Source: an uncultured bacterium (GTDB taxonomy: Bacteria > SAR324 > NAC60-12). Taken from it: a stretch of 64,000 bases of DNA. Below, piece after piece: positions 11,050-20,629 of the stretch. The translations under genes and the position numbers were made by a program. Location: positions 67,427 through 131,426 of the forward strand of contig CBFIJD010000003.1 of NCBI GenBank assembly GCA_965662845.1, in the 5' to 3' direction. Positions within the stretch are counted from its first letter, which is position 1. The number at the start of each line of letters is the position of its first letter. The notes below the pieces were generated by a model. It was given only the letters and a program-made list of their open reading frames with translations, did not search any database and had not been told where the DNA came from.

Positions 11050-11319
11050 ATGTTGACCAAAGAACAGAAAAACGAACTCATCCGCACCTATGGCAAAGAT
11101 GAGAAAGACAGTGGCTCGACCGAAGTACAAATTGCGCTGCTCACAGCTCGCATCACCTACCTCACCGAGCACTTTAAAAAGCAGCCCAAAGATTTCCACT
11201 CCCGTCGGGGCCTGCTACGTCTTGTTGGACGTCGCCGCAATCTGCTCAAGTACCTCAAAGCTCAGAGCCCAGAAGTGCACCAAGAGCTGACCGCAAAGCT
11301 CGGCATCCGCAACAAATAA
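11050..11319 (+). CDS. rpsO: 30S ribosomal protein S15
   Basis: [28 protein letters not shown]. Confidence 0.98.
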   Translation: MLTKEQKNELIRTYGKDEKDSGSTEVQIALLTARITYLTEHFKKQPKDFHSRRGLLRLVGRRRNLLKYLKAQSPEVHQELTAKLGIRNK

Positions 11320-11541
11320 TCTCTGACGCGGGCTCGTGTCCGCGTTCCCAACCCCGCTCATCCGCAAACAGGAAACCCCCTGCAACTGGTCACGTCGTTC
11401 GTCACGCTCTCTCCTGTCGCTCGCTCTTCGCATCCCGACTCTTTCGGCACGTTGTCGCGTGGGGGCTATCCGTCCCTACAGACATCCACGAACGCGCATC
11501 TGATCATTTCGTCTAATCTCCCTTCATTTTAAGGAGCCCTC

Positions 11542-13617
11542 ATGGAAACCGTAGAAGTCGCCTTTGGTAAGGCTACTCTCTCAATTGAAACCGGCAAAAT
11601 GGCCAAGCAGGCCAACGGATCGGTCCTCGTTCGCTACGGAGACACCGTTGTCCTCGTCGCCGCCACCGCCGAAAAAGGATCTGGCGCAGGCGCCGACTTC
11701 TTTCCTCTCTCTGTTCACTATGTTGAAAAATCGTATGCCGCAGGCCGTATCCCTGGCGGATTTTTCAAGCGAGAAGGCCGCCTCTCCGATGCAGAGACCT
11801 TGATTTCTCGCTTGATTGATCGCCCTCTGCGCCCTTCTTTTGACGAGAACTATCTCGCCGAAACGCTGATCATGGCGACCGTTCTCAGCTATGACCTCGA
11901 AAATGAAGCTGACGTCGCCGCGATGGTCGGCGCCTCTGCGGCCCTAGCGATCTCAGACATTCCCTTCTACCAACCCATCGCAGGTGCTCGAGTCGGGCGC
12001 ATCGACGGCGAGTTTGTGCTCAATCCTTCCAAGGAGCAGCAAGCCGAGAGCGAGCTCAACATCTTCATGGCTGCATCAAAAGACGCCATTTTGATGGTAG
12101 AAGGCGAAGCCCGCGAAGTGAGCGAGACCGTCATGTTGGACGCGTTGTGGTTCGGACACGAACAAATGCAGCCGGTCATCGCCATGCAAGAAGACTTGAT
12201 GAAGCGCTGTGGCAAGCCCAAGCGTGAGGTCAGCGTGCCTGAGATCAACGCCGACTTGCGCGAGAAAGTCACCGCGCTCAGCTTACCGAAAATGCAGGAA
12301 GCGCTACAGATCACCGATAAGCAAGAGCGCTATCAGCGACTGGACGAAGTGAAAGACGAAGTGCTCAGCGAATACTTTGGGGACGCAACCCCCGAAGAAG
12401 AAGCCTTAGGCCAAGCCAAGACCGTCATCAGCGATGTGAAGAAGCGCACCATGCGTGAGCGCATCCTCAGTGACCAAATCCGCATCGACGGGCGCGGCCC
12501 CAAAGAGATTCGGCCCATCGAGTGCGAAACGCGCATCCTGCCGCGCGCGCACGGCTCGGCTTTGTTCACACGTGGTGAAACGCAAGCCCTCGCCGTAGCG
12601 ACCCTGGGCACGCAAGAAGATGAGCAGATGACTGACTCTCTCTCTGGGACGTCGTACAAAAACTTTATGCTGCACTACAACTTCCCCAGCTTCTGCGTTG
12701 GAGAAGCCCGCCCCCCGCGTGGCCCTGGACGCCGTGAGATTGGCCACGGTCACCTCGCCGAGCGCGGCCTCAGCGGCATGCTCCCAACAAAAGAAATCTT
12801 CCCCTACACCGTACGTTTGGTTTCCGAAGTGCTGGAATCCAACGGTTCTTCTTCCATGGCGACGGTCTGTGCCGGTTCGCTCGCGATGATGGACGCTGGC
12901 ATCCCCTTGAAAGCGGCGACGGCTGGCATCGCGATGGGGCTGATCTACGATGACGGAAAAACTTCTATTTTGTCAGACATCTTGGGAGATGAAGATCACC
13001 TCGGCGACATGGACTTCAAGGTCGTCGGCACGACGGAAGGCATCACCGCTCTGCAAATGGACATCAAAATCAAAGGGCTCACCCGTGAGATTGTCCAGCA
13101 ATCTTTAGAGCAAGCTCGTGAAGGCCGCCTGCACATCCTCGGCATCATGAATGAGTCTATTGAGAAGCCACGCGCGGGGCTGTCGAGCCACGCGCCTCGC
13201 TTCGTCACCCACAAGATTCCACCCGACAAGATCGCAGCAGTCATTGGCCCAGGCGGGAAGGTCATCAAAGGCATCGTTGAGAAGACCGGCGTCAAGATCA
13301 ATATCTCCGACGACGGCATCGTCTCCATCGCCTCTCGTGATCACAAGGCGGTCGACGCTGCGCTGCAAATCGTTCAGGATCTGACCCGCACCGTGGAGAT
13401 CGGCGCGACCTACAAAGGAACCGTCAAACGTGTGGTGGACTTTGGGGCTTTCGTAGAAGTTCTGCCCAACACCGAAGGCTTAGTGCACATCTCGAACTTG
13501 GCCGAAGGGCGCGTGGGCCGCGTCACCGACGTGGTGCGTGAAGGCGACGTCGTCGACGTCAAGGCCATGGGTCTTGACAAGCGTGGCAAGCTCCAGCTCA
13601 GCATCAAAGACGTCTGA
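11542..13617 (+). CDS. pnp: Polyribonucleotide nucleotidyltransferase
   Basis: DFFPL, RLIDRPLRP, RREIGHG, ESNGSSSMA, EDHLGDMDFK, KH and S1 domains. Confidence 0.98.
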   Translation: METVEVAFGKATLSIETGKMAKQANGSVLVRYGDTVVLVAATAEKGSGAGADFFPLSVHYVEKSYAAGRIPGGFFKREGRLSDAETLISRLIDRPLRPSFDENYLAETLIMATVLSYDLENEADVAAMVGASAALAISDIPFYQPIAGARVGRIDGEFVLNPSKEQQAESELNIFMAASKDAILMVEGEAREVSETVMLDALWFGHEQMQPVIAMQEDLMKRCGKPKREVSVPEINADLREKVTALSLPKMQEALQITDKQERYQRLDEVKDEVLSEYFGDATPEEEALGQAKTVISDVKKRTMRERILSDQIRIDGRGPKEIRPIECETRILPRAHGSALFTRGETQALAVATLGTQEDEQMTDSLSGTSYKNFMLHYNFPSFCVGEARPPRGPGRREIGHGHLAERGLSGMLPTKEIFPYTVRLVSEVLESNGSSSMATVCAGSLAMMDAGIPLKAATAGIAMGLIYDDGKTSILSDILGDEDHLGDMDFKVVGTTEGITALQMDIKIKGLTREIVQQSLEQAREGRLHILGIMNESIEKPRAGLSSHAPRFVTHKIPPDKIAAVIGPGGKVIKGIVEKTGVKINISDDGIVSIASRDHKAVDAALQIVQDLTRTVEIGATYKGTVKRVVDFGAFVEVLPNTEGLVHISNLAEGRVGRVTDVVREGDVVDVKAMGLDKRGKLQLSIKDV

Positions 13618-13641
13618 GCCTTCGCACAAAAGCTGCATCTC

Positions 13642-13664
13642 CAGTCGGCATTGTTTGCCGACTG
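13642..13664 (+). terminator. Hairpin downstream of pnp (terminator or 3' stabiliser)
   Basis: CAGTCGGCA-5 nt-TGCCGACTG perfect 9-bp stem; no clear U tract. Confidence 0.4.
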
Positions 13665-13714
13665 CGACGGGTCCTTCGCCCCGCCGCTTCCTCGTTTTTA
13701 GTCAGGAGAACCTC

Positions 13715-14566
13715 ATGAAGACTTGGTCTAGTTTCTTCGGTCTGTTGCTGCTCAGCGGCACAGCTTTTGGTGAATCCATCGACGAGCGCTGTCTACAAAA
13801 CGGAACCTCCGCTTGCGTAGACTGGGAAAACGGCGTGGTGCTCGCGGATGGCATCGGTGTTCCTTCGGAGAGCGCCCGCTCGGAAGCACAGCGCAGCGCT
13901 AGCGCACAACGTGCCGCTCGTTTAGATGCCGCCCGTAACGCCCTAGAGATGGTCAAAGGCATCAACCTCAGCTCCAACACAACGATGGAAGAGGCGATGG
14001 TCACCAGCGACAGCATCCGCTCTCAAGTACAGGGCAAGGTCTATGGCTTGCGCCCGATGGGAGAACCACGCTACTTCTCCGATGGCAGCGTGAAAGTCCG
14101 CGTCGAAGCCCAGCTGCGACAGATGGTGCCACAGGTCGCGTTCTTTCAACCTCCTGTAGAGATCGCGCCTCCCGTAGAGATCACCTCTGCTAGCGACAAC
14201 GCCCCTACCCGCATTGACATGAACCGCGTGTACACCGGACTGGTGATCGATGCCCGCGGAACCGGAGCGCAACCCGCGATGTCGCCACGTGTCTTTGACG
14301 AAGAAGGCAAAGAACTCTACGGATCCGCCTACGTCGACCGTGAGTTTGTGCTCAAGCACGGCATGGCTGGCTATGTCAAAACCTTAGAACAAGCCCAAGA
14401 GAATGACCGCGTCGAAGGCAACCCGCTAGTCCTCAAGGCCGTCGGGATTGCAGGCGAGAACAAGACCGATCTCGTCTTGAGTGACAGCGACGCCGACCGC
14501 CTGCGGGAGCTTGCCGCCAACCTCAACTTCCTGCGGGAAGCCCGCGTCGTCATCCTCGTCGACTAA
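13715..14566 (+). CDS. Exported LPP20-like protein
   Basis: Signal peptide; VDWENG, AARLDAARN, YTGLVIDARG, PAMSPRVFD, NPLVLKA; AGGAG RBS before ATG 13715. Confidence 0.7.
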   Translation: MKTWSSFFGLLLLSGTAFGESIDERCLQNGTSACVDWENGVVLADGIGVPSESARSEAQRSASAQRAARLDAARNALEMVKGINLSSNTTMEEAMVTSDSIRSQVQGKVYGLRPMGEPRYFSDGSVKVRVEAQLRQMVPQVAFFQPPVEIAPPVEITSASDNAPTRIDMNRVYTGLVIDARGTGAQPAMSPRVFDEEGKELYGSAYVDREFVLKHGMAGYVKTLEQAQENDRVEGNPLVLKAVGIAGENKTDLVLSDSDADRLRELAANLNFLREARVVILVD

Positions 14567-14690
14567 CCGCCTCCTGATCTCGCAGGGCGAAGCAATTTCG
14601 CCTTGCTCTCCTCCTCGTTCGCAGTACTCTCCTCTTTTTCGCCGCCAATGAAGACGGCACCCGCGCATCTCGTATCCTTGGTGAGGTCTT

Positions 14691-15968
14691 ATGAAAAATT
14701 CTTGGTTTAGAATGTGTCAACGCTTCTTAGTCGCAATCGCTCTCGTCTCCACTTTTGCTCTGGTCTCATGCGCCAGCGGAGACTCTGACTCTGCATTCGA
14801 TAACATCACCGACAGCCTCAACACCGATTTGGTCGCCGATGACAGCGATGAAAACTCCGAAGGCGATGGCGCAGACACCAGCACAGACGACGACAGCGAC
14901 AGTGACTCAGACACCACAGACACCAGCGACAGTGACTCAGACACCACAGACACCAGCGACAGTGACTCAGACACTAGCGCAGACGACGACAGCGACAGCG
15001 ACTCAGACACTAGCGCAGACGACGACAGCGACAGCGACTCAGACACCAGCGACAGTGACTCAGACACCAGCGCAGACGATACAGACAGCTCCGATGCGAC
15101 AGATGATTCCGAAGATGATTCCGATGCGTCTGACAGCGACTCAGGGAGCGCCGTTGTGGAGGTCGCCTATTCCTGCGCCGAGATGGTCGGCGACAATGTC
15201 AACAACGGGAACACCTACACGTATGCGAAGTTAGGGACCACGCACACCCATCAATCGGCGGTCACCGTGTCAGGGAGCAGCTGTGTGGTCTCGGGCAACG
15301 GCGTCCCCGACCATGACTTCGGGATTGCGAATGCGCCGGGGTCAGACTTCGCAGAGAACGCAAAAGAATACACCGTCACGACTTCCCCCACCCAAGCCGC
15401 CGCCTCCACAGCGCTGAGCCTGCGGATCGTGGACGGGGTCGTGCTCAACGGTCTGCCCATCGACTTCTTCCCCAACGAGTGTTACGAGAAAGACCAAGGA
15501 GACACTACGAGCTGCGACGGCTCCGACTACATGTACAACCCTGGGACCTCTGACACCGCCATCGCCAACCGCCTAGGCTTCGACAACAACAACGCGCATC
15601 CGCAGCCCGATGGAACCTATCACTACCACGGAGACCCCAAAAACTATGCCGCAGACACCCTCAACCCTGTGGCCTACGCCGGTGACGGATTCCCCATCTA
15701 TGCGTACTATCAAGATGCAAATGGAGACGCTCAAAGAGCGACCTCTGGCTACACCCTGAAGTCAGGAACGCGTACCGGTGGTGGCGGCGGTGCCTACGAC
15801 GGAAAGTACATGAGCGACCATGAGTTCACCAACGTGGGCAATTTGGACGAGTGCAACGGCTCCGATCAGCTCACTGCCGATGGCTCTTACGCCTATTACT
15901 TCACCGATGACTTTCCCTATCTTCCCTACTGCTTGAAGGGCACACTCGACGATTCCTTCAACAAATAA
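14691..15968 (+). CDS. YHYH domain lipoprotein with an Asp/Ser/Thr-rich repeat stalk
   Basis: Lipobox LVSC; NGVPDH, DNNNAHPQPDGTYHYHG, DGFPIY, LDECNG, YAYYFT. Confidence 0.88.
   Translation: MKNSWFRMCQRFLVAIALVSTFALVSCASGDSDSAFDNITDSLNTDLVADDSDENSEGDGADTSTDDDSDSDSDTTDTSDSDSDTTDTSDSDSDTSADDDSDSDSDTSADDDSDSDSDTSDSDSDTSADDTDSSDATDDSEDDSDASDSDSGSAVVEVAYSCAEMVGDNVNNGNTYTYAKLGTTHTHQSAVTVSGSSCVVSGNGVPDHDFGIANAPGSDFAENAKEYTVTTSPTQAAASTALSLRIVDGVVLNGLPIDFFPNECYEKDQGDTTSCDGSDYMYNPGTSDTAIANRLGFDNNNAHPQPDGTYHYHGDPKNYAADTLNPVAYAGDGFPIYAYYQDANGDAQRATSGYTLKSGTRTGGGGGAYDGKYMSDHEFTNVGNLDECNGSDQLTADGSYAYYFTDDFPYLPYCLKGTLDDSFNK
14874..15062 (+). repeat. Intragenic tandem repeats encoding Ser-Asp-Thr units
   Basis: 30-nt unit GACACCACAGACACCAGCGACAGTGACTCA x2 (14910-14969); 36-nt unit GACACTAGCGCAGACGACGACAGCGACAGCGACTCA x2 (14970-15041); variant flanking units. 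Confidence 0.92.
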
Positions 15969-16022
15969 TCGCTTCTTGGCAGCGCTCACTTCTGGTGGGC
16001 GCCGCGCGCTGATCTCCTGCCC

Positions 16023-17954
16023 ATGACCACCTCGCTGTCCTCCCAAAAAATTCGCATCCTCCCTGAGTCGCTGATCAACAAGATTGCCGCTGGCGAGGTC
16101 GTCGAACGCCCGGCCTCTGTGGTCAAGGAGCTGGTTGAGAACGCGATCGATGCGGGCTCCTCACAGCTGCAAGTGACCGTCAAAAACGGAGGCAAAGACC
16201 TGATCCAAGTCCTGGACAACGGCGGGGGTATGAGCGAAGCCGACGCACGCTTTGCCGTCGAACGCCACGCGACCAGCAAGATTTACACAGACGACGACCT
16301 GTTCCAGATTGAGACCCTCGGCTTCCGTGGAGAAGCGCTGGCTTCCATCGCGGCTGTGTCTCACTTTGAGCTCACGACATGCGCAGGCGAGGACCAAAGC
16401 GGCGTGCGCTTGGTGATGAAAGGCGGGCGTTTAGAAGAGATCAGCAAGGTCGGGTTCCCCCAAGGAACCCGCATCAAGGTCGAGCAGCTGTTCTTCAACA
16501 CGCCGGCGCGTCTGAAGTTCTTGAAGAGCACACCAACCGAGATGCAGCACATCCAGCAAGGGATCATCAACCAGTCGCTGGCGCACCCAGAGCTGCAGTG
16601 CAAACTCGTGCACAATCAACAGGTGCTCTTGAGCCTCAGCGGCGACTCCACCCTTGAAGAACGCGTGCATCAGCTGTTTGGGGAAGAGTTCCGCGACGGA
16701 CTCCAAGAGGTCCGACACGAAGAGACCTATCTGCGCTATCACGGCTGGATTTCGATTCCAGAGCGAGTGCGCACCAGCCGCCGCTGGCAATATCTATTGG
16801 TCAATGGGCGCTTTGTGAAGTGTCCCTCGATTCAGCGCGCCATCTACCAAAGCTACGGCGCGTTTCTGAGCAAAACGCAGCATCCGGCTTTTTTTCTGCA
16901 CTTGCACCTCCACCCCAGCGAGATTGACGTCAACGTGCACCCTGCCAAAACAGAGATCCGCCTGCGCAACAGCCAGGTCGTGCACACGATTCTGCAAGAT
17001 CACCTTGGCAAGGCGCTGCGTCACAAAACGAAGCTGCGGCTCTTTGGGCGGGAGAATGGCGCGGCGTCCCGCACACTTTCGGCTCCCCAAAGGCAGTCTG
17101 CGCTCCCATTAGCAGACGACCTCCCCCCTCAGCAAACGATTCAGGAAGCGCATCCCAGCGACGACACCGCGCCAGCCAGACGACCTTCGCGCTCTGCGCC
17201 CACGCCACCCACAGCGCCTGCAACCTCCCTTGACCACAGCCCTCCTTCTCGCGAGGTGCGCCAACCTGAGGTGACGCCTCCTCCGGTGCCCCGCGCGGCG
17301 GACCAGCCCACGCCCTCCGCAACTGAAGCGCTCTCCGAGAACATTGAGCTTTGGCCGAGAGACGCGTGGCGCCACGAACGCTTCACCCCCATTGCACAAG
17401 TCCTCGAGTGCTATCTCCTCGCAACCGAACCGGAGGGATTGGTGCTCTTTCACACACAACGCCTGCATGAGCGGCTGCTGTACGAAAAATATCGCGCGGA
17501 CTTCTTGGAGAAACAGAGCGAGACGCGAGTCTTTGCGACCCCTCGCTTGTTGAATTTTTCACCGCAAGATGTCGCTCTGCTCGACGCCCTCCTCCCGCTC
17601 TTGCGGCGAGGTGGCTTTGGGATCGAACCGTTCGGTGGGCGCACCTATGCCTTGCAGCAGCAACCGCACTTGCTGCCTGAAGACAAATCCGACGCGATGC
17701 TGCTCGACCTGATCGCCCAGAGCGCGCTCTTTGGCAAGCGAGGACGCGCCGATATGCTGCAACCAGATCTATGGCAAACCGTCGCGAAACACGCCGCGCT
17801 TCCAGCAACGAGCCCCCTCCCACCGACGGCGCAACAAGCGCTCCTTGGTCAACTCGAAGGACAAGCCCTCGACAACCGCGCGATAGACGGCGCCCCCCTC
17901 TGGTTTGCCCTCCCCCAGTCAGAGCTGAAACGCAAATTTCAGCAGCGCTTTTGA
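16023..17954 (+). CDS. mutL: DNA mismatch repair protein MutL (degenerate C-terminal endonuclease motifs)
   Basis: IAAGEVVERPASVVKELVENAIDAG, RHATSKI, GFRGEALASI, DVNVHPAK. Confidence 0.95.
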   Translation: MTTSLSSQKIRILPESLINKIAAGEVVERPASVVKELVENAIDAGSSQLQVTVKNGGKDLIQVLDNGGGMSEADARFAVERHATSKIYTDDDLFQIETLGFRGEALASIAAVSHFELTTCAGEDQSGVRLVMKGGRLEEISKVGFPQGTRIKVEQLFFNTPARLKFLKSTPTEMQHIQQGIINQSLAHPELQCKLVHNQQVLLSLSGDSTLEERVHQLFGEEFRDGLQEVRHEETYLRYHGWISIPERVRTSRRWQYLLVNGRFVKCPSIQRAIYQSYGAFLSKTQHPAFFLHLHLHPSEIDVNVHPAKTEIRLRNSQVVHTILQDHLGKALRHKTKLRLFGRENGAASRTLSAPQRQSALPLADDLPPQQTIQEAHPSDDTAPARRPSRSAPTPPTAPATSLDHSPPSREVRQPEVTPPPVPRAADQPTPSATEALSENIELWPRDAWRHERFTPIAQVLECYLLATEPEGLVLFHTQRLHERLLYEKYRADFLEKQSETRVFATPRLLNFSPQDVALLDALLPLLRRGGFGIEPFGGRTYALQQQPHLLPEDKSDAMLLDLIAQSALFGKRGRADMLQPDLWQTVAKHAALPATSPLPPTAQQALLGQLEGQALDNRAIDGAPLWFALPQSELKRKFQQRF

Positions 17955-18101
17955 TCCTTCCCGACCGTCAAACCTGGCGCGAACGTGAATGGGTAGGGGC
18001 GAAATAATTCTCGCCCTTGCTGGCTCAGCTTCGCTCACTTGTCTTTTGACAGTAGACCAACTAATCAATGCTTTTTGTCATACCATAATTAGGAGTTCTG
18101 C

Positions 18102-18842
18102 ATGAGAACCCAAGCTTGGAAAACCGGATTGATTGCTTCCATGCTGTGGCTGCTCGCGGTGGCCGCGTCTGCTGCCGAGACCGTTCAGCTGCTGACCTAT
18201 CACCTGCACCCACCCTTTGTGAACGCCCCACAACAGGGACTGACCTACGAGCTGGCGGCCTTCCTCAACCAGCGCAGCGCAGGAGAATACGAATTTGTCG
18301 TGCGCGAGTTGCCCCGCAACCGCCTCAACCAAATCATTCGGCGCGATGGCGCATGGATCACGCTGTGGTCAAATCCGCTGTGGTTTGGCGACAACGACCA
18401 GCAAAAATACCGCTGGATTGCAGTCCAAGCAGACTCCAACGCGGTCCTCTCTCCCCAAACGCGGCCCGTAGAATACACCAGCCCTGAAGTCCTCTACGGA
18501 AAACGCTTCGGCGGCATGCTCGGCCACCGCTATGTCGGCATTGACGACTTGGTGACCGCTGGAAAAATCGAGCGTATTGACGGTCGCAATGAGCGACAAA
18601 ACCTTCGGCTCGTGGCCAGAGAACGCTTAGACGTGACCATCCTACCCGGCTCGACCACCCGCTATCTGCTCGCCGAGATGAAGCTGCAGGACGCCGTGCA
18701 CGTCTCTGCGACGCCACACTCCGTCTATCTGCGACACTTCTTCACTCCACCTTCTCGTCCAGATCTCGCCGCGTTTTTAGAGAGCATCGACTGGCAACAG
18801 GACACAGCGTGGCGCGCGCTGCGGCAATCTTTCGGGTTCTAA
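18102..18842 (+). CDS. Periplasmic solute-binding protein (family 3-like)
   Basis: Signal peptide; PPF, LPRNRL, WFGD, GHRY. Confidence 0.75.
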   Translation: MRTQAWKTGLIASMLWLLAVAASAAETVQLLTYHLHPPFVNAPQQGLTYELAAFLNQRSAGEYEFVVRELPRNRLNQIIRRDGAWITLWSNPLWFGDNDQQKYRWIAVQADSNAVLSPQTRPVEYTSPEVLYGKRFGGMLGHRYVGIDDLVTAGKIERIDGRNERQNLRLVARERLDVTILPGSTTRYLLAEMKLQDAVHVSATPHSVYLRHFFTPPSRPDLAAFLESIDWQQDTAWRALRQSFGF

Positions 18843-18854
18843 GCCTCGCTTGCC

Positions 18855-20402
18855 ATGAGACTCTTCCCCAGAAAAAGCGGGGGCTCCGGTCAACTGGGAC
18901 TGTTGCTCCTGCGCCGCGTTTTCGGCATTTATCTATTGCTCGCGCTCGTCGTGACGTTGGTGCACGTGGCGCTGGAATATCGCCACCAAGCCCAGCTCAC
19001 ACGCCACAACCTACAGCGCGCAGAAGAGATCCTCTCGCCTGTGCTGAGCAAGGGGCTGTGGCATCTGGACCCCGTCTTGATTGACTCCACCGTCGCAGGC
19101 GCGATGCGGTTCCCTGACATTGTCGGTGTCAGCTTGCATGACCCCTATGAGGCCGCGCTGGGGCGACGGGGCCTCCTCGCCATAGACCAACAACAGCAGC
19201 CTTCCGTGGACGTGAATGGGGCGGTCGTCCCCGTCCCTGAAGACGTGCAGTTTGTGGAGAACCTGCTGGAGCACCGCTTCTCGCTGGAAGAAAACGGCGA
19301 GTTCTTAGGCGAAGCCCGCTTCTACTCCAGTCCGGCGGTGGTGATCGCCAAGCTAGAGAACAGCCTGCTCCTCATCTTGCTCAGCGCTCTTGTGAAGACC
19401 ACCGCGCTCTGGCTGCTGTTTCTCTTCTTCGCCCATCGCTTCCTTGGACGACCGCTCACGCGCGTCACCAACACGCTACGCTCGCTCCACCCAGAGCGCC
19501 TCTCAGAGCACCGTCTCCCTCTGCAAGGTTTACACGGAGAGCTGGAGCTGTTGGGGACAGCCTTCAACCGCACGCTCGACCGCTTGCACGACGCGCAGCA
19601 GCAACAACGACAGAACGAGGAGGAGCTGCGGCAGCTCTTGGAGGAACTCCAGCGCTCTCATGACGACTTGCAGCAGACGCAGCAGCAGCTGATCCAGTCC
19701 ACCAAAATGGCCACAATGGGAGAGATGTTGGCGATGATCGCGCACCAGTGGCGCCAGCCGCTCTCTGTGATCAGCACCGTCGCTTCAAACATGGGGCTCC
19801 AAATTCGGCTCCAGAAGCAGACGCCCGAAACGCAACAGCAACAGCTGGAGAAGATCCAACAGACCACCCAATTCCTGTCGCGCACCATCAACGATTTCCG
19901 CAACTTCTTCCGTCCCGACCGCACGCTTCAGGTGGTCGCGCTCCAAGAGCCGCTCCAACACGCGTTTCATCTGCTTGAAGAGAACTTTGCACGTCAGCAC
20001 ATCCACGTGCACTGGGAGCTACAAACGCTCCCTGAGCAACCGGTTTATTCCAACGAGCTGCAACAAGTTGTGCTGAATTTGCTCAAGAACGCCCATGACG
20101 TCCTGCTGGAGCGCGAGATCCTCGAAAAACAGCTCTGGATTCGGCTGCGCCTCACGACCGAACACATCCCGCAGATCGAAATTGAAGACAACGCTGGCGG
20201 CGTCCCAGACTCCATTCGGGGCCGTATTTTTGAGCCTTACTTCTCTACCAAAAGCGAACTCAATGGAACCGGTCTCGGCCTCTACATGAGCAAAATGATC
20301 ATCGAAGACCACATGCAGGGACAGCTCAGCGTCGAGAACACCGCACGCGGTGCTTGTTTCTGCATCTCTCTGCCCCCGCTCGCTGAGGTCGCCTCGGCGT
20401 AG
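18855..20402 (+). CDS. Membrane sensor histidine kinase (HAMP, HisKA, HATPase)
   Basis: Two TM helices; IAHQWRQPL; NLLKNA; DNAGG; FEPYFSTK; GTGLGL. Confidence 0.93.
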   Translation: MRLFPRKSGGSGQLGLLLLRRVFGIYLLLALVVTLVHVALEYRHQAQLTRHNLQRAEEILSPVLSKGLWHLDPVLIDSTVAGAMRFPDIVGVSLHDPYEAALGRRGLLAIDQQQQPSVDVNGAVVPVPEDVQFVENLLEHRFSLEENGEFLGEARFYSSPAVVIAKLENSLLLILLSALVKTTALWLLFLFFAHRFLGRPLTRVTNTLRSLHPERLSEHRLPLQGLHGELELLGTAFNRTLDRLHDAQQQQRQNEEELRQLLEELQRSHDDLQQTQQQLIQSTKMATMGEMLAMIAHQWRQPLSVISTVASNMGLQIRLQKQTPETQQQQLEKIQQTTQFLSRTINDFRNFFRPDRTLQVVALQEPLQHAFHLLEENFARQHIHVHWELQTLPEQPVYSNELQQVVLNLLKNAHDVLLEREILEKQLWIRLRLTTEHIPQIEIEDNAGGVPDSIRGRIFEPYFSTKSELNGTGLGLYMSKMIIEDHMQGQLSVENTARGACFCISLPPLAEVASA

Positions 20403-20563
20403 AGCCGCTGCTCGCACTGCGCGCTCACAACTTCTTGCGCTTGGCGTTCTCGCTCGGTTTGGCGCTGCGCAGTCTGTGGGTTGGATGCTGGCTCACTGTT
20501 GTCTCCCAAAAATCAGGTTGTCAATTTCCAAAAATTAGTCTAACAAAATTCGCTCACGAGACA

Positions 20564-20602
20564 TCAGACATCTGAAGAATTATCTCAATATTTGAATATT
20601 GA
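20564..20602. promoter_or_regulatory. Two inverted repeats upstream of the GntR-mtnK operon (candidate operators)
   Basis: TCAGA-CA-TCTGA (20564-20575) and perfect TCAATATT-TG-AATATTGA (20585-20602). Confidence 0.6.
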
Positions 20603-20629
20603 CGGACAAAAATTTCTCAGGAGGGGCCG

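Noticed and set aside
14874..15062. CRISPR array
   Set aside because: The repeats are contiguous, in frame and coding; no unique spacers and no cas genes.
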